Assembly (NCBI RefSeq): GCF_964355755.1
Contig: NC_092670.1
Location: 29,314,388 to 29,378,387 of the forward strand
Direction of reading: 5' to 3'
Length of the DNA: 64,000 nt
Source of the DNA: Antedon mediterranea
Lineage: Eukaryota; Animalia; Echinodermata
Below the pieces are notes generated by a model. That model did not search any database. It worked only from the letters and a program-made list of their open reading frames with translations, and was not told where the DNA came from. Shown one piece after another: positions 41,401 through 52,845 of this stretch; the stretch's first letter is position 1, and every line of letters starts with the position of its first letter. The position numbers and the translations under genes are program-made.

Positions 41401-42009
41401 ATGATGACACAATGTTGAATAATATGTTACACCGGCTCCGACTTGAAATTTAAGAGATACCAAAAAGTAGCAAACACGTTTTAATGATAATAACAAATCA
41501 TGGCAGATTGCATATGTAGCTTTATTTACTAACAAGACTTTTTGTTGATCATTTCCCTTCATCAGCTTACAACATATTTTCATTTAATTAACCTACTCAA
41601 TCTAATTTGTTAATACTTCCTAATGTCTAACTAATTGTTAACACTTCTATTTGCACTCAACATTCTCAGCACTTCAAACACGGCTGCTATTCTAAATGGC
41701 ATAGTACCAGCACCACCCCCAATGTATGGACTGCTTGATAAACAATTATCCAAGTCACAAACCCTCCCAGCAAGAGGGTTGTCACCAAAAGTTAGAAAAA
41801 ATCTCCAGTCGCTTAACCAGTCAAAGTCAGGACCACCAAGACCTAAGTCTACAGGTGAAGTATCAAGCGAAAGTGTTTGGTCCTCGAGGAATGGAAGTTT
41901 AGGAACGTTGCGGCGAAGTAAAACTGAAGGAAGCAGTATATGGTGCAAATCAGAAGATGTCCCAAAGTCGGCAAGAGGAGGTTTGCAAGGAATGGAAACT
42001 TCAATATGA
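5308..42009 (+). CDS. SRCIN1: SRCIN1/p140Cap-KIAA1217 family (AIP3/Bud6 domain) scaffold protein, 18 coding exons, about 1509 aa, N-terminus possibly incomplete
   Basis: Exons 5308-5409, 13930-14092, 21745-21943, 22409-22727, 23183-23311, 29963-30152, 30614-31001, 32053-32175, 32852-32951, 33109-33214, 33495-33792, 34045-34175, 34476-34551, 34733-34816, 35207-35345, 36358-37893, 38775-38881, 41670-42009. All have AG/GT boundaries and matching phases; total 4530 nt. Family motifs recognised from memory: ERFMEYLKKSHP, YRASLPVLR, GLVYLQYMGETKR...DTVRALFVRAFPGKLT...IFYELENLSDIKD, RMSAMEHQIASLAG, DLEATVEETRCDVV, FLKEEPPKLD. Probably the co-ortholog of vertebrate SRCIN1 and KIAA1217. Confidence 0.88.
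5451..5588. mobile_element. Palindromic PIF/Harbinger-type MITE
   Basis: Imperfect TIRs of about 58 bp (atctctatacactatcaaact...tgtgatgtgcccttatatgg); TAA on both flanks. Confidence 0.85.
6198..6250 (+). mobile_element. hAT-like left terminus (CAGTGGCGAATCCAGA...GC-rich subterminus); no right end found
   Basis: Resembles the common CAGTGGCGGATCCAG hAT terminus. Confidence 0.4.
6877..8879. mobile_element. Non-autonomous long-TIR DNA transposon (MULE-like)
   Basis: TIR GGGTGTCACGAAAGCTCAGACC...cctaagattacaaata; further inverted homology between 7200-7370 and 8657-8800; TSD ACAAAATGTT at 6867-6876 and 8880-8889. Confidence 0.85.
7705..8619. mobile_element. Ginger-like non-autonomous element nested in the MULE-like element
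   Basis: TGTCACG...CGTGACA termini, 4-bp TSD GGCC in a TAGGCCTA target, subterminal ggtcc/ggacc-ttttggc repeats at both ends. Confidence 0.75.
12778..13143. repeat. Tandem duplication, 185-bp unit x2
   Basis: tgaagcattattcgagttt...catctgtcatatg starts at 12781 and again at 12966, nearly identical. Confidence 0.95.
13930..14092 (+). CDS. SRCIN1-like exon (TLPIRR...DTRSEAD...YRASLPVLRRQNNKSREKTM)
   Basis: ccatcag acceptor, gtacgt donor; open frame absent from the ORF track; conserved RxSLP motif. Confidence 0.85.
14800..15480. repeat. Degenerate (ATC/AAC/ACC)n trinucleotide low-complexity tract
   Basis: Runs of atcaacatcaccatcatt; explains the spurious I/N/T-, M/V- and D/G-rich ORFs. Confidence 0.9.
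18831..18873. mobile_element. Tiny Tc1/mariner-pogo remnant
   Basis: TA|CCGTAT...ggggtcgacctatactccggaaaATACGG|TA: TA TSD and CCGTAT termini. Confidence 0.55.
19504..19683. repeat. 36-bp tandem repeat x5
   Basis: attctgtgagctctggctgtatgtctacacaaatat, near-perfect copies, no spacers. Confidence 0.95.
21745..21943 (+). CDS. SRCIN1-like exon, AIP3 N-terminal conserved block
   Basis: GLVYLQYMGETKR...FPGKLT...IFYELENL; tttcag acceptor, gtaag donor. Confidence 0.92.
22409..22727 (+). CDS. SRCIN1-like exon (DIKDHVVLKVHEP...)
   Basis: ttctag acceptor, gtaagt donor; continues the AIP3 N block (DIxDxxxLKV). Confidence 0.88.
22790..22910 (-). mobile_element. Degraded tRNA-derived SINE fragment
   Basis: Minus strand ccttaggcaagacactttact resembles the common SINE motif ccttgggcaagacacttaac. 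Confidence 0.4.
23183..23311 (+). CDS. SRCIN1-like exon
   Basis: ttttgtag acceptor, gtactg donor; 43 open codons, phase 0-0. Confidence 0.7.
23385..26493 (+). mobile_element. Decayed L2/CR1-group LINE (APE endonuclease + RT, many frameshifts) in an intron
   Basis: WNARSI, IVETW, GRGGGIA, TGDFNVH, SDH, YRPISNLPFLGKIIE, QSAYR, YADDTQLY, GQRAFS..LWN.LP; 3' stem (cagcgcttagag...tgcgcta) and (ATT)n tail; candidate TSD TATTAACTTG at 23375-23384 and 26494-26503. Confidence 0.92.
26560..27620. repeat. 18/19-bp minisatellite with a higher-order period of about 55 bp
   Basis: Units atgcaatggtagtcttac / atgcaatgttggtcttata / atgcaattctggtcttat recur in order; edges are degenerate. Confidence 0.95.
29963..30152 (+). 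CDS. SRCIN1-like exon
   Basis: ttttatag acceptor, gtaat donor; open, phase 0-1. Confidence 0.8.
30614..31001 (+). CDS. SRCIN1-like exon (Pro/Ser-rich)
   Basis: ttaatag acceptor, gtacat donor; phase 1-2; matches ORF 30631-31032. Confidence 0.82.
32053..32175 (+). CDS. SRCIN1-like exon (IYATIQRP...SSGRSTPFDPES)
   Basis: tcttag acceptor, gtgagt donor; phase 2-2. Confidence 0.8.
32852..32951 (+). CDS. SRCIN1-like exon (ARMSAMEHQIASLAGILETAL)
   Basis: Matches the RMEAMEKQIASLTGLV motif; tactag acceptor, gtaaag donor. Confidence 0.9.
33109..33214 (+). CDS. SRCIN1-like exon
   Basis: ccttcag acceptor, gtgagt donor; phase 0-1. Confidence 0.8.
33495..33792 (+). CDS. SRCIN1-like exon, coiled coil
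   Basis: LRDQLKQLRILQL...HPVRAER; caacag acceptor, gtaat donor. Confidence 0.9.
34045..34175 (+). CDS. SRCIN1-like exon, AIP3/Bud6 core
   Basis: DLEATVEETRCDVVNKQCRV; tattag acceptor, gtaag donor. Confidence 0.9.
34476..34551 (+). CDS. SRCIN1-like exon
   Basis: FPMLSDKMKKVMNEEMAVVVQEE; ttccag acceptor, gtaggt donor. Confidence 0.88.
34733..34816 (+). CDS. SRCIN1-like exon
   Basis: FLKEEPPKLDSYMKRCKKLTGTLHTLK; ttgcag acceptor, gtgact donor. Confidence 0.9.
35207..35345 (+). CDS. SRCIN1-like exon
   Basis: ALMDNINKLEPDHDTRVRKIQ (resembles Bud6 PDHESRLEAIE); atttag acceptor, gtaatt donor. Confidence 0.85.
36358..37893 (+). CDS. SRCIN1-like large exon (512 codons, mostly disordered, Pro/Ser/Gln/Asn-rich)
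   Basis: ccccag acceptor; covers ORF 36469-37950; GAG/gtgact donor. Confidence 0.85.
38775..38881 (+). CDS. SRCIN1-like exon (ARRKQQTQSLDEVLADLDRAV)
   Basis: catgtag acceptor, gtgaga donor; phase 0-2. Confidence 0.75.
41670..42009 (+). CDS. SRCIN1-like terminal coding exon ending GMETSI-stop
   Basis: ttctcag acceptor, phase 2 matches the previous exon; part of ORF 41635-42009. Confidence 0.75.
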
Positions 42010-43470
42010 CAGTGTACATTGTTGTTTGAATGTGAAGAATAGTTATTTGCTGCAATTATTTAAAGATAGTGATTATCAATAATGTTGCAGTTGGTGAGGG
42101 TCAACATAGTTTTGTAAGGGTATATCTTGTAAGGCTGTGCCTAATGATATGTAGATTACTGTTGTGTAGAGTTGCATTAAAAACCATTTAATTTTTAACA
42201 TTTTAGTGACTCCCAACAAATTTCACCATGGTGAATTTTAAGTTAAATTCTTTTCAGCATATGGCATACTCATTATGATGACGCATTACTATGTGAGCTG
42301 GGACTAAAGAAAGGAACTCCCTGCATAAACTATGTTTTATACATCAAATGCATACAATTGTCCAATAGTAAATTTGCATTGTCTTCCCTTGCCATTAATC
42401 TTATTTTTTTTCATATTTTTCTAAAATTGTTAAGGATACATTGTTATTTAAATTATTCCGAATAGTCTATAAGAAAAGTAATCATGACAATAATTAATAT
42501 TTAATATGTGTGGTTGAATAGGAATGTTGATCATTTCTAATATTTATTACATTTTCAGAATACATATTAGAATCAACAATATTATTGTATTTAAAAGAAT
42601 TATTGATTCATGTGTAAATATTTTGAAATGCTAAAATATTAGATGGTTGACAATTGTTAGACAAACAAATTTCTTGTATTGTTTAAACAATTATTTTATA
42701 TATTACAAACATATTTTTGTTATGATTTTTTGTCAACAAATAATGCTAGAATCAATTTGGATTATTATTATTATAGGCTTTGAAAAGAAAAAAAATGTAT
42801 TCTCTATTTTCATTTAAGATTATAAATGATCAATCGACAACAAACAAGTTTGATCTTTTTGAAATTAAAGTATTTCAAATTTATTTTGTTATTAATTTCC
42901 AACTTTTTAAAGATTTAAATTTGATTAATTTCTTTCACATATTATGATTTTCAGTCTTTCTGTTTTAATTTATATTTATATACATTTTGCTGGTGACTTT
43001 TCCATAAGTTGATAAATTTCCTTTTTAGTTGTGCTTACAATGGTGCAAAAGAGAAATAGAACAGTAACTGTGTTGGAAAATGTTCTAAATTTAAATTAGG
43101 AGTTTTTGTATTGTAGACTCAGTATGTCTAAATGAAGGAGTACCTATAAATAAAAAAGTATAAGTAGCTAAATAAAGTATGTGTCAATGTTTTCCCTTGA
43201 ATTGTTTTAATGTGTGGTAGAATAATGCAGTTAAAATATTTTTTATATACCAAAGTAATGTAAAACTTGAAGATTTTAAGATATTGTAGTATTTAATAAG
43301 TAATTGAATTTTGAGAATGCGTGTGTTGATTCAATTGCAATAGATAATTTATAAAACGTTGCTTCATTGATTTTAAGGTCAATCAATATGTAAATAAGCG
43401 CATTTAAAGTAATCCTAATGTATAAATTATTACATAAATAATTTTTGTGTATAATTAATTTACCTTTACT

Positions 43471-43585
43471 GCTGTAATGGGACTTTTCCTTTGTTTTTTC
43501 TGTAATGGGAATTTCACCTTTTGCTGCAATTGGACTTTTCCTTTGTTTTTTCTGCAATGGGACTTTCACCTTTTGCTGTAATGGT
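43471..43585. repeat. Tandem repeat of about 52 bp, x2+ (ctgtaatgggacttttccttt subunits)
   Basis: Direct inspection. Confidence 0.8.
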
Positions 43586-44479
43586 TAATTCCTTTTTAAC
43601 TGTAGGAAGATTTTTCAGTTGTTCTTACAATAGGACATTTGTTTATTTGCTGTAAAGGTACTTTTCCTTTGCCATTATAAGGATTCTTGTCAACAATTAT
43701 ATCCTTTCTGTTTTAATGGCTATATTAATCAGTGTCATTAGTTGCAGATTTGCTTTTCATTTATTTGTTGGTGCATTTTAAGTTTATGTTTATGTAAAGA
43801 AAAGGCAACTCCTAAAATCCAACCTATCCATACTAGTTTGTGCTATGTCTGTAAACATAAACGTTTCTACAATAAATAGATGTCTATTGTAAATAAATAA
43901 TAGAGCATTTTGCTTTTACATAAACTTTTCCTATACTGTATCTCTGTAGTCATGTCCGTACATGTACCAGTTGTATGTGCGTTAGTAAGTAAATTGCAAG
44001 ACAGTAATAATTGTAGGTTTCCAATGATACTCATGTAATATCTTTATTAGGTGTTATAGATTTAATCAAGATATTTTTTTAGTTTTTTAATGTAAATTCG
44101 ACTGATCATGATGATCTTTCAAGTGTTTTGGTTTATGTTGGTTTCAGGTTATTTTCATCTTTTTTTTTCCATGTTCAGTCTGTTTCGTGTAATTTACAAA
44201 TAATGCAAATTAATGTCCAAACAAATTCAAATGATGGGATGTGAACTTTTTATGTGGTTACGTGTCCTCTGTAATCCTGAATTGTCCATTTAACAGAACC
44301 TATTTATCGTGCACTATGTGATAATGTGAAAAAAAGTGGATTGCTTTAATGAATATGTGAAGTAATGTAGCTATTGAAATAAAGTAATTGATAGAATCAT
44401 AATATTTATTCGAATTTGATTTAAAGGATTCTGTAGTGTTGTATGGTTACAGTTTACATTCTCAAATTTACGATTTATA

Positions 44480-44635
44480 ACAGATAATTTAAGAGTTACA
44501 AAAGGTAATTTACAGTTAACAGATAATTTACCAGTTACCACAGATCATTTACCAGTTACCACAGATAATTTACGAGTTACCACAGATAAATTACAGTTAC
44601 CACACACAATATACCAGTTACTACTACAGATACAG
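44480..44635. repeat. Tandem repeat of about 21 bp (acagataatttaccagttacc)
   Basis: 5-6 degenerate copies next to a LINE tail. Confidence 0.8.
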
Positions 44636-45050
44636 ATTCATTTTATTATCCAATATAAATGGAAATTACAGTGCTCATAAATTATCTTGGCTTGCCTAAA
44701 ATAAATATAACGGGGGAAAAAAGATCTAACAAATCTTTTGTTATAATGTCGTATCCCAGCTGGATAGAACGGGTACTTGTAACGGTCCGTCTGAGCGTTA
44801 ACCGTCCTCATCCTACCACTTATAACGATAACGGAGCCGATAATGTTATGAAGAGGATGATTAGTGTCTTCCAATATAGTAGGGAACACATCGGCAAGAC
44901 GTTCGCTGTAGAAAGAGTCAATCATTTGCACAGACGAACCAATTACTTTCCCCGTTCTACCCAGTTCCTTTTCAATTCGGTCTTTATCCCCTTTACTGAT
45001 ATTCCCTGTCCAGCCCAACATACAATAAGCCCAAATAGGTAACATCACTG
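44625..45050 (-). mobile_element. Rex1/Babar-type LINE 3' fragment
   Basis: ILEDTNHPLH...SGRMRTVNAQTDRYKYPFYPAGIRHYN is typical of the Rex1 C-terminus; minus-strand AATAAA followed by a gaatctgtatctg tail. Confidence 0.75.
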
Positions 45051-45229
45051 ATGAGTAAAAGATTCAATATCCTGCTTTACTCCAACTGGTGTTGACAAAT
45101 AAAGGTGTAGTTTTTCCACTTTATGAAACAATCCCTTTAAAAAATCATTTAAATTGTTATGCAGCAATATAATACAAGTCATACATGTATGTGGTGTTAT
45201 CATTAGTATCTCATCATATCAGTTCTCTA

Positions 45230-46270
45230 GTTCAGTTAAGTTATTATCTGTTATTAATAATTACACTGTATAAGCTTGATTTTATTTAAGAAGCTATCAA
45301 ATATTTTAAGGTTATGTAATTGCGAACAATTTATTAACTTACCAACAAGCGTTACCTTTAATACTAATACTATTATTGGCCATGTAATATATAATAGCCT
45401 TAGTAAAATATCTCAAATTGACATTATTGACTTATTTATTGTACACGTAAAATCGTGCAAAATTCTGTGAACAAACATAATATTGTGAAAATTTGATATC
45501 TTGCACTAAGGACGAATTTGTGTCTAAGTTAAACAATTCTGACTGGTCTAGTATATTTAACCAAACTGATGTTAATATTGCTTGGTCGAATTTTACATCC
45601 ATTTTAAGTAATATAATTGAAGAAATGACCGAACCCTGGATGGATGGATGGATGGATGGATGGATGATAACATGTTAGAAAAGATAAGGCTACGTGACTC
45701 TATATTGCGAAAGCTCCGAAAGAAAGAAATAACGAAGTAGTAATGTATAGTGATTTTGTAAAATAAGAATCCAGGTGCGTAGAGATATCAAACGTGCAAA
45801 AGCAGAGTCATTTAGCGAACAACTAGAGAATAACAAAAACGACTCAAAAAAGTTATGGGCACAGCTAAAAACACTTAGCTATGAAGAGAAAACAAAAAAA
45901 TCGCCCAAAATTGTGCATAGACAACAATGTCTGCTTTGATAATAATAACATTACTAACCATTTTAATACTTTTTTCACTAGCGTATCTAAAAATCTGGCC
46001 AGTAAACTTCCTAAAGGAAATGCGCGTTTGATACTAGTTTTTAAGAAAGTTTATGAAAGTAAAGGAGTGGCCAAAAACGGTATGAATCTAGCCCTGTGTC
46101 AGAGGACTTCATTCAAAAAGAGCTTGAAAGACTTAATAAACAAGAGTACTGGCCTTGACAAAAATCCCTGTAAGACTTTTGCGAGATCGAGCAAGTATTA
46201 AAGATTTTGTTACCCGTATAACTAACTTGTCTATCCTAACAGATACAGTTCTAGATGACTTTAAAATAGT
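45230..46270 (+). mobile_element. Degraded CR1/L2-group LINE ORF2 fragment (EN-RT linker)
   Basis: FVSKLNNSDWSSIF...VNIAWSNF, PWM, ITNHFNTFFTSV, KSTGLD; many stops and frameshifts. Confidence 0.7.
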
Positions 46271-46369
46271 AAGAAAAACAACAAATATATCATTATATGC
46301 TATAGGAAATCTATCATCCTAATTGCAAACAGCGATTTTTTTTAAATGTTCACACATGATGAGGAGATC

Positions 46370-47800
46370 AAAATTGAGTATCACACCTCTGTCACTCATC
46401 CCGATGGTATGTAATTTAGCTTAAATATACAAATCAGGGTGAATCTACAGGGTTACCATATCTCAAAAAATACTAGTCAGAGAGAGTTGATTTTTTCACT
46501 GATTTATTAAGAATGTATAGACTATTATATTTTCTCTAATGAAACATTTTCTGATAAAATGACCAACAACATTTGACCCTCGACCCCATTTCTCAGCGTT
46601 TGCATACACAATGTGACAAAAATGTCCCTAGAGACTTTGTTTTGCCCTCAAATGACCCAGATACAGGTTTCTAATAGTAGGACCGCTTAATAATTCTCAA
46701 TCACACCTTTGTCACACACCTCGTCGGGAGATGCAAATTAATAGTACAAATTAAATGAAATATGCAAATAAGAGGGTTAAATTACATTCGTCATATATCT
46801 CGAAAACCATTGATGCTAGGGAGTTTTTTCACAGACTTATTTAGAATGCACATATACCTGTATATTTATATTTGTTCTAATGAAACAGTCTATACGAAAA
46901 AATGACCGGAATTACAACATTTTACCCTCGACTCCATTTCTCAATATTTGCATATATATATATATCTGCACAAACTTTGTTTTGGCCTCAAATGACTCGG
47001 ATACAGGTTTTTTATAGCCTTTAATTAGCTATGCCCTTAATAGCATTAATGTGGGTTGTAGTATTGATGGTACGCGCATTAGTCATTTAAGCTATGCAGA
47101 TGATATGACAATCTTTTCTTCTTCTCTCACCGGGCTACAGCAGCTTATAGGTATATGTGAATAATTTGGTGTAGATCATGAAATCCATGTGTATGGTGTT
47201 TGCACCTAGAAAGTCATTTGATTGCATAAAATTACTTTATGTGGTAGGCCTAATTTACTAGCCTTTGTTCATGAAGTTAAGTATCATTTTGACCCATGAT
47301 TTGAAAGATGCTCATGATATTAAGAGGCAGTATAGGTCCACTTGTATTCTGGCGAATATGCCATGTCGTAAATTTAACAATGAATACGACTGGAAAACAT
47401 GCTATGGTTTAATGTGTAGAATGGAACAGAGTAGTAACAAATTGGTCAATACTGTCCAGTCATGTTTAAAAGGCTCAGAGCTATATTCTAAATGATGATA
47501 CTGAGAGTATAATGTTTCTAATACTTGGAATGTTACTGATTAATTTTTGTTTCAAATGAATCAGATACTGTTTTCCAAAAGCTAAAATAGGACTGCTTTG
47601 TAATTCCCAAATCACAACTTTTGCATACTTTTGCATACTTTCGAGGTGAGTGATAGGCCTTCAGGTGTGATTTTGAGATTTACTTAACAGTACTATTTTG
47701 GCTATTAGAAACTTGTATCCAGGTCATTTGACGGCAGAACAAGTCTGTACAGACATTTTAATTTCATTATATATGCAATATTGAAAAAAGGGGTCGAGGG
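46370..47800. repeat. Three diverged copies of a ~300-bp repeat (direct at 46370-46680 and 46695-47015; partial inverted copy at 47640-47800)
   Basis: Shared accctcgaccccatttctca...actttgttttgccctcaaatgacccagatacaggtttctaatag block. Confidence 0.7.
47033..47495 (+). mobile_element. RTE-X-like LINE RT fragment
   Basis: Frame from 47033 reads ALNSINVGCSIDGTRISHLSYADDMTIFSSSLTGLQQLIGICE*FG (YADD at 47093); later DIKRQYRS...ANM. Confidence 0.7.
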
Positions 47801-48619
47801 TAAGTATCTTGGGGATTTCGAAGTAACTTCTCTGCAGATTCATGTTTAATATATACGGCGATATACGTTATAATATATATGACAGATTTTATTCGTAATG
47901 AAATGGCCAAAGGTATACGCTGTAGCGTTGACCTACAAATATTTCCAGGAGAATTCATTTTTTGGTATCTGAACATTCAACATACATCTGTAGACATTTC
48001 ATGTCCTTATTTATATAACGATGCTTTCAAGATGAATTTTCATTAATTGTTTGAAGATGTATCCATAGAGCCTATATTACAAACTGTGGATATGTTTTAT
48101 TAACCATACGGTCAACAGAGAGGTTGTAATTTCGAACCTAAAAGGCCTGATACAAATCCTTGCAAGTGTGTCAACATTACCTTGCCATCCTCATCAGAGG
48201 ATGAATAAATAAATTAATGTTTTAAAAATACTAGTATTCTCATTAACAGTATGTGAACAATTTTGCATTTGCATAACTCACCCACATAGTAAAGTGGCCT
48301 TTATCAATGTATCATAACTTCACCTTATATTAGTTTTTCCTGAAACATTTTCTCAGATATCGTACTAGAAACCGGCTTTAGATTGGTGTCGCCTGCAAAA
48401 AACATTTTTTTTTTTCTCTTTTGTGGTTAACCACCACCTTTATTCATTCTTTCATACAAATTTCGTTCACATTTCATTTTCATACATTAAATTTCCGTTT
48501 TCTACTTTTTTCGTTATTTTCTGATTTTTACTCTTTTAACCTTTATACATATAGTGGTTTGATTATATGCATACAAAAACTGTACATCTTAAAATGCAAA
48601 AATGGATGCCACTTATAAG

Positions 48620-51600
48620 TTACAACATGCCTAGTGTATTCATATCTTTTAAAATATATTTAAACTGAATCCAGGGATTCTGGCATACAGGTTTTTTAAG
48701 TTCAGTTTTAATTTTAATTATGTATATGACGTACACAGCTGTTGAATACAATTGATTTTTTAATTGACATTTACTTCCTAACAGGAGTTCTTTGAACGAG
48801 CTACTGCTGTTATCTAGCTTTTTAAATATATTGTCAATTGTTTCCCACAGTATTTGATTACGTCTACAATAATAAAACATATGTGTTTCGTCTTCAATGA
48901 CTCCACAATTGTAACATATGTTATTATTTTTCAGTTTCCAGTTATACAGTTTTAGATTTGTAGGTACAACTCTATTTAGTAATTTGTAATTCAATTGGGC
49001 AAATTTTTTAATTTTTTCGTTTTTCACTTTTCTTTTCCAGACATCACACCACTTGATATCTTCATTAAATATGTTATTCCATTTAAGTATGCTTTTCGGG
49101 GGAATAAAAACATTATTAACAAAGTTAGAATAAACATCTTTTGTTGTCATCTTAATTATATTGTTGATATTGTATTCCAGATTCACATTCATATATTGGT
49201 TCATATTTGGCATATTATGTTTAATTATACTTAACCACTCTTTTGGAATAGCTCTGGTTAGAGAAACATATTCAGCTATCCAGTTTTTCTTAATACGTAA
49301 TTGTTTAATTATTTCTATAGGTTTCATTAGACGATTGAAAATAATTATATCTCCAATTTGATTAAAACCTGCATCTATCCAGTTCTTAAAGAATAGTGGT
49401 TTGTTTCTATATTTAATATCATTGTTACCCCATAAGTTTTGCTTTATCACTTCTTCATACTCGTTAATTGTACCTTCATTATTCATATTATTAAATTCAA
49501 CACAACACTTTAGAACATTATAATAAAAAGATGGTATATTATCTAAGCCCATGTTATTTTGAAAATTGATATTTGACATACTTAAAATTAGTTGTTCGGT
49601 TCCAAATTTGTTAAAATAGTATAGTGGTAAGATTTTCCATCTTACGTGTTTTCTACACAGTAATTTTCTTGCCCATATCATTTTCAGAGAGTTTATGTGT
49701 AATGCGAAATCAGGCATACCTATGCCCCCTTTAATCATTTTACCGATTAAAGTTTTTCTTTTTATTTTTTCTGTTTTTCCATTCCATAAAAAGTTATATA
49801 TCAATTTATTTATTTTAAAAATAAAATCATCTGGTACATCAATTATACATGCATTGTATGTTAGTTTAGACAAAGCTAAACTTTTTAAAATGGTAACTTT
49901 GCCAAAAAAGGTTAGGTTTCTTCCTTTCCATCTATTGAGTAGCATTTCTAAGTTTGCCAGCTTACTATCCCAATTTAATTCACTGCATTTGTTCTCATTA
50001 TATCCCACATAAATACCCAAAATCTTAATTGGTTCATTAACCCAATTTAGACTGCATGGTTTTTCAATTTTGTTTACATTTTTGCCAATCCATATAGCGT
50101 TGGTTTTTTTTTAATTTAAAGTCATACCAGACACTTTACCAAACTTATTAACAATGTTTAAACCAATCTCTATACTTTTTTCATTTCCCACAAAGAGTAT
50201 CAGTGTCATCTGCCAGATGCGCAATGCGAACTTCCTCACCATTATCATTGTTAGGTAAAGATATTCCTTTATAGCATTTATCTTTTCTTATATTACACGC
50301 CATAATTTCTACTACTAAAATAAAGAGTAACGCCGACAATGGGCAACCCTGTCTTATTCCGCATTCCATTTCAAAACTTTCTGATATCCAACCATTATTA
50401 ACAATAACACATTCAGATTTACTATAAATTGTATTTACCCATTTTAAAAAGGAGTCTCCAAAATTAAATTTTGTTAGTACCTTAAACATAAAATCTCTAT
50501 TTACAGAATCAAAAGCTTTTCTAAAATCAAGGGATAGAATAGCTCCTTCGATTTGTTCTTCTGCTGTATAATACAGAATATCATTAATTAGACGGACGTT
50601 TTCTCCAGCGAATCGTCCTTTAATGTACCCCTTTTGGTGATTGTCAACTACATTTTCAATTACTTTATGAAGTCTCATACATAGAATTTCAGTTAAAATT
50701 TTGTAGTCTGTATTTAATAAAGTGATAGGACGCCAGTTTTCAAGCAATTTTTTATCACCTTTTTTGTATAATAGGCTTATAATACCACGTTTCTGTGTAG
50801 AACTCATTTCATTGTTAAAATAACATGCATTTAGAGCGTCACAAACAATGTGTTTAATGTCATCCCAGAAATGTAAATAAAACTCAACAGTCAAGCCATC
50901 ACATCCGGGAGTTTTATTTAATTTCATTTTTTTAATTGCATTGGTACATTCATTTAGTGTGACAATACCTTCACATATCCCCTTTTCTTCTTCAGTTAAA
51001 CTCGTTACATTTGATTTATCTAGGTAAGTGTTTATTTTTTTAAGGGGTATACCCTTATTTGCATATAGATGCCTATAAAATCTAACTTCCTCACAAAGGA
51101 TTTCCTTTGTCTTCGTTAGTATTCTACCCTTCTCGTTTTGTAAACATTTGATTTGATTTTTTTTTCCCTTATTTTTTTCCAGACTAAGAAAATATTTAGT
51201 GCTACGTTCGCCCTCTTCGATCCATTTTACTCTAGAACGTATATATGCACCTTTTGTTTCATTATCATTAAAATAGTTTCCAGCTTTTTTGTTTTTGTTT
51301 GCAATTATATCGTTGTTTAAGTCAACAATATCCAAAATGGTCTCATTTAACTTTCTGAAATATGAGCTTCTTACTTTATAATTGTTAGGAGCATATACGT
51401 TTACAAAAACATACATTTTACCATTAATTTCAACATTTAGAATTATATATCTTCCATTTTTATCGATACATTTGTTAGTAATCTTAAAATTGAATTCATT
51501 TAAGAATATTATTGATACCCCTGCACTGTTTGAAAAGCCAGTGCTATGTATGCAAGTACTGTTCCAAACTAAATTAAATTTGTCAAATAAGTCAGGTGTA

Positions 51601-51731
51601 AGGTGTGTTTCTTGTATAAGTACAATGTCAGCCTTTTGGTCTTGACACCAACTATGTATCTGCCTTTGTTTATCTATGCTACGTAAGCCTCTTACGTTTA
51701 TAGAGACGCAATTAATGGTTGCTTTATCCAT
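48620..51731 (-). pseudogene. L1/Tx1 ORF2 (EN-RT), disrupted
   Basis: SINVRGL, IQETH, NVYAPN, KTPGCDG, NWRPITLLNTDYKI, DFRKAFDSV, GIRQGCPLS, LADD; +1 frameshift near 50200, TAA near 50112, C-terminal CYNC..EDETHMFYYC. Confidence 0.9.
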
Positions 51732-51943
51732 CTATGTTAGCTTATAAATAATAATTAAGTTGTATACACCAAACAGCTAACTTATTTGTCTATATATAAA
51801 GTATAGTATACACATACACATACACATACTGTAATACACATGCGGTGCTTAAAATACATAGCCTACAAAATGGTTGTTGGTATCTGTAATATGTATTATC
51901 ATATTTACTATTATACACTTTTTAGATTGGTGCGTCTACAAAA

Positions 51944-52845
51944 TTATTTCTTTTGTCCGTCATTCTTACTTTTACTTGCTTTGCGTCTTCTTTTCGTTCC
52001 CGGCATCGAGGGTGAGATTTCTGGCTCAGCTTGTTCCTCTTTATTGTTATTTTCTTTCTGTTTAGTCACTTGAAGGCCTACGCTGGAGCTAGCTGGAGCA
52101 TTCATAAAAGTTGTTATCTTTCCTTGTTTCTTTTGTTTCTCCTTTGTTGGCTCGCTTTCCTCACAGTCATCTTCGTCACTCTCCTCACTTTCCTCTGATA
52201 ATGATTCATCTTTATCTTTAGCTGGCTTATCGGTGTCGAGAGCCTTTTTTTCTATGACACGTTCCCACATTTCTTGGATGAGAATTTCACCCGAATCATT
52301 GTGTAACAGCTTTTCTGCACCACATTGGTCCTTTTTATAACCCTCCAAACCACAGGCGTGACAGACAAGCTTATTGGAACATGTTTTCGCACTATGACCA
52401 TTTTTAAGGCATTTCGAGCACTTAATTCTTTCATCTATTTGACCATCGTGAAACATTCTCGTTTTGAAATTTAAAACGCTTACAAACCTTGGCAAAGGTG
52501 TTTTAAGGGTTTCAGCGTATAGTACCCGGTCTCCATTTAAGCAATTTGTTAATTGCCCGTCAACTCTCAGTTTCATCCGTTGTATAGATCCCAGTATTTT
52601 GCAATTAAAACGCAGAAGGCTTGTTTTAATTTCTTCATCTGATACAGATAAAGGCAGATCTTTAACAATAATGCGAGTAGCATCTGTGTCGTATGGCAGA
52701 TATGGGTTCCTATCATAAATGGTAACATTTCTACCTCTTAGGTTTAACCCAGCTATTATTAAACAAACCCTATCTTGATGTGTTCCTATATAAATCCTCC
52801 ATAGATTTTTGATACGCTGTATACCAACAATATTTTGGCTTTTCA
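51944..52845 (-). CDS. L1/Tx1 ORF1 (gag-like zinc knuckle protein), 5'-truncated
   Basis: GIQRIKNLWRIY, TNCLNGDR, CSKCLKNGHSAKTC, CHACGLEGYKKDQC, acidic/basic tail. Confidence 0.85.

Larger units (their letters stand above)
48407..52845 (-). mobile_element. L1/Tx1-clade non-LTR retrotransposon, 5'-truncated, with internal deletion
   Basis: ORF1 with two CCHC-type knuckles, ORF2 EN-RT-zinc finger, poly(A) at 48407-48415, 14-bp TSD CTGCAAAAAACATT at 48393-48406 and 52846-52859. Confidence 0.93.
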
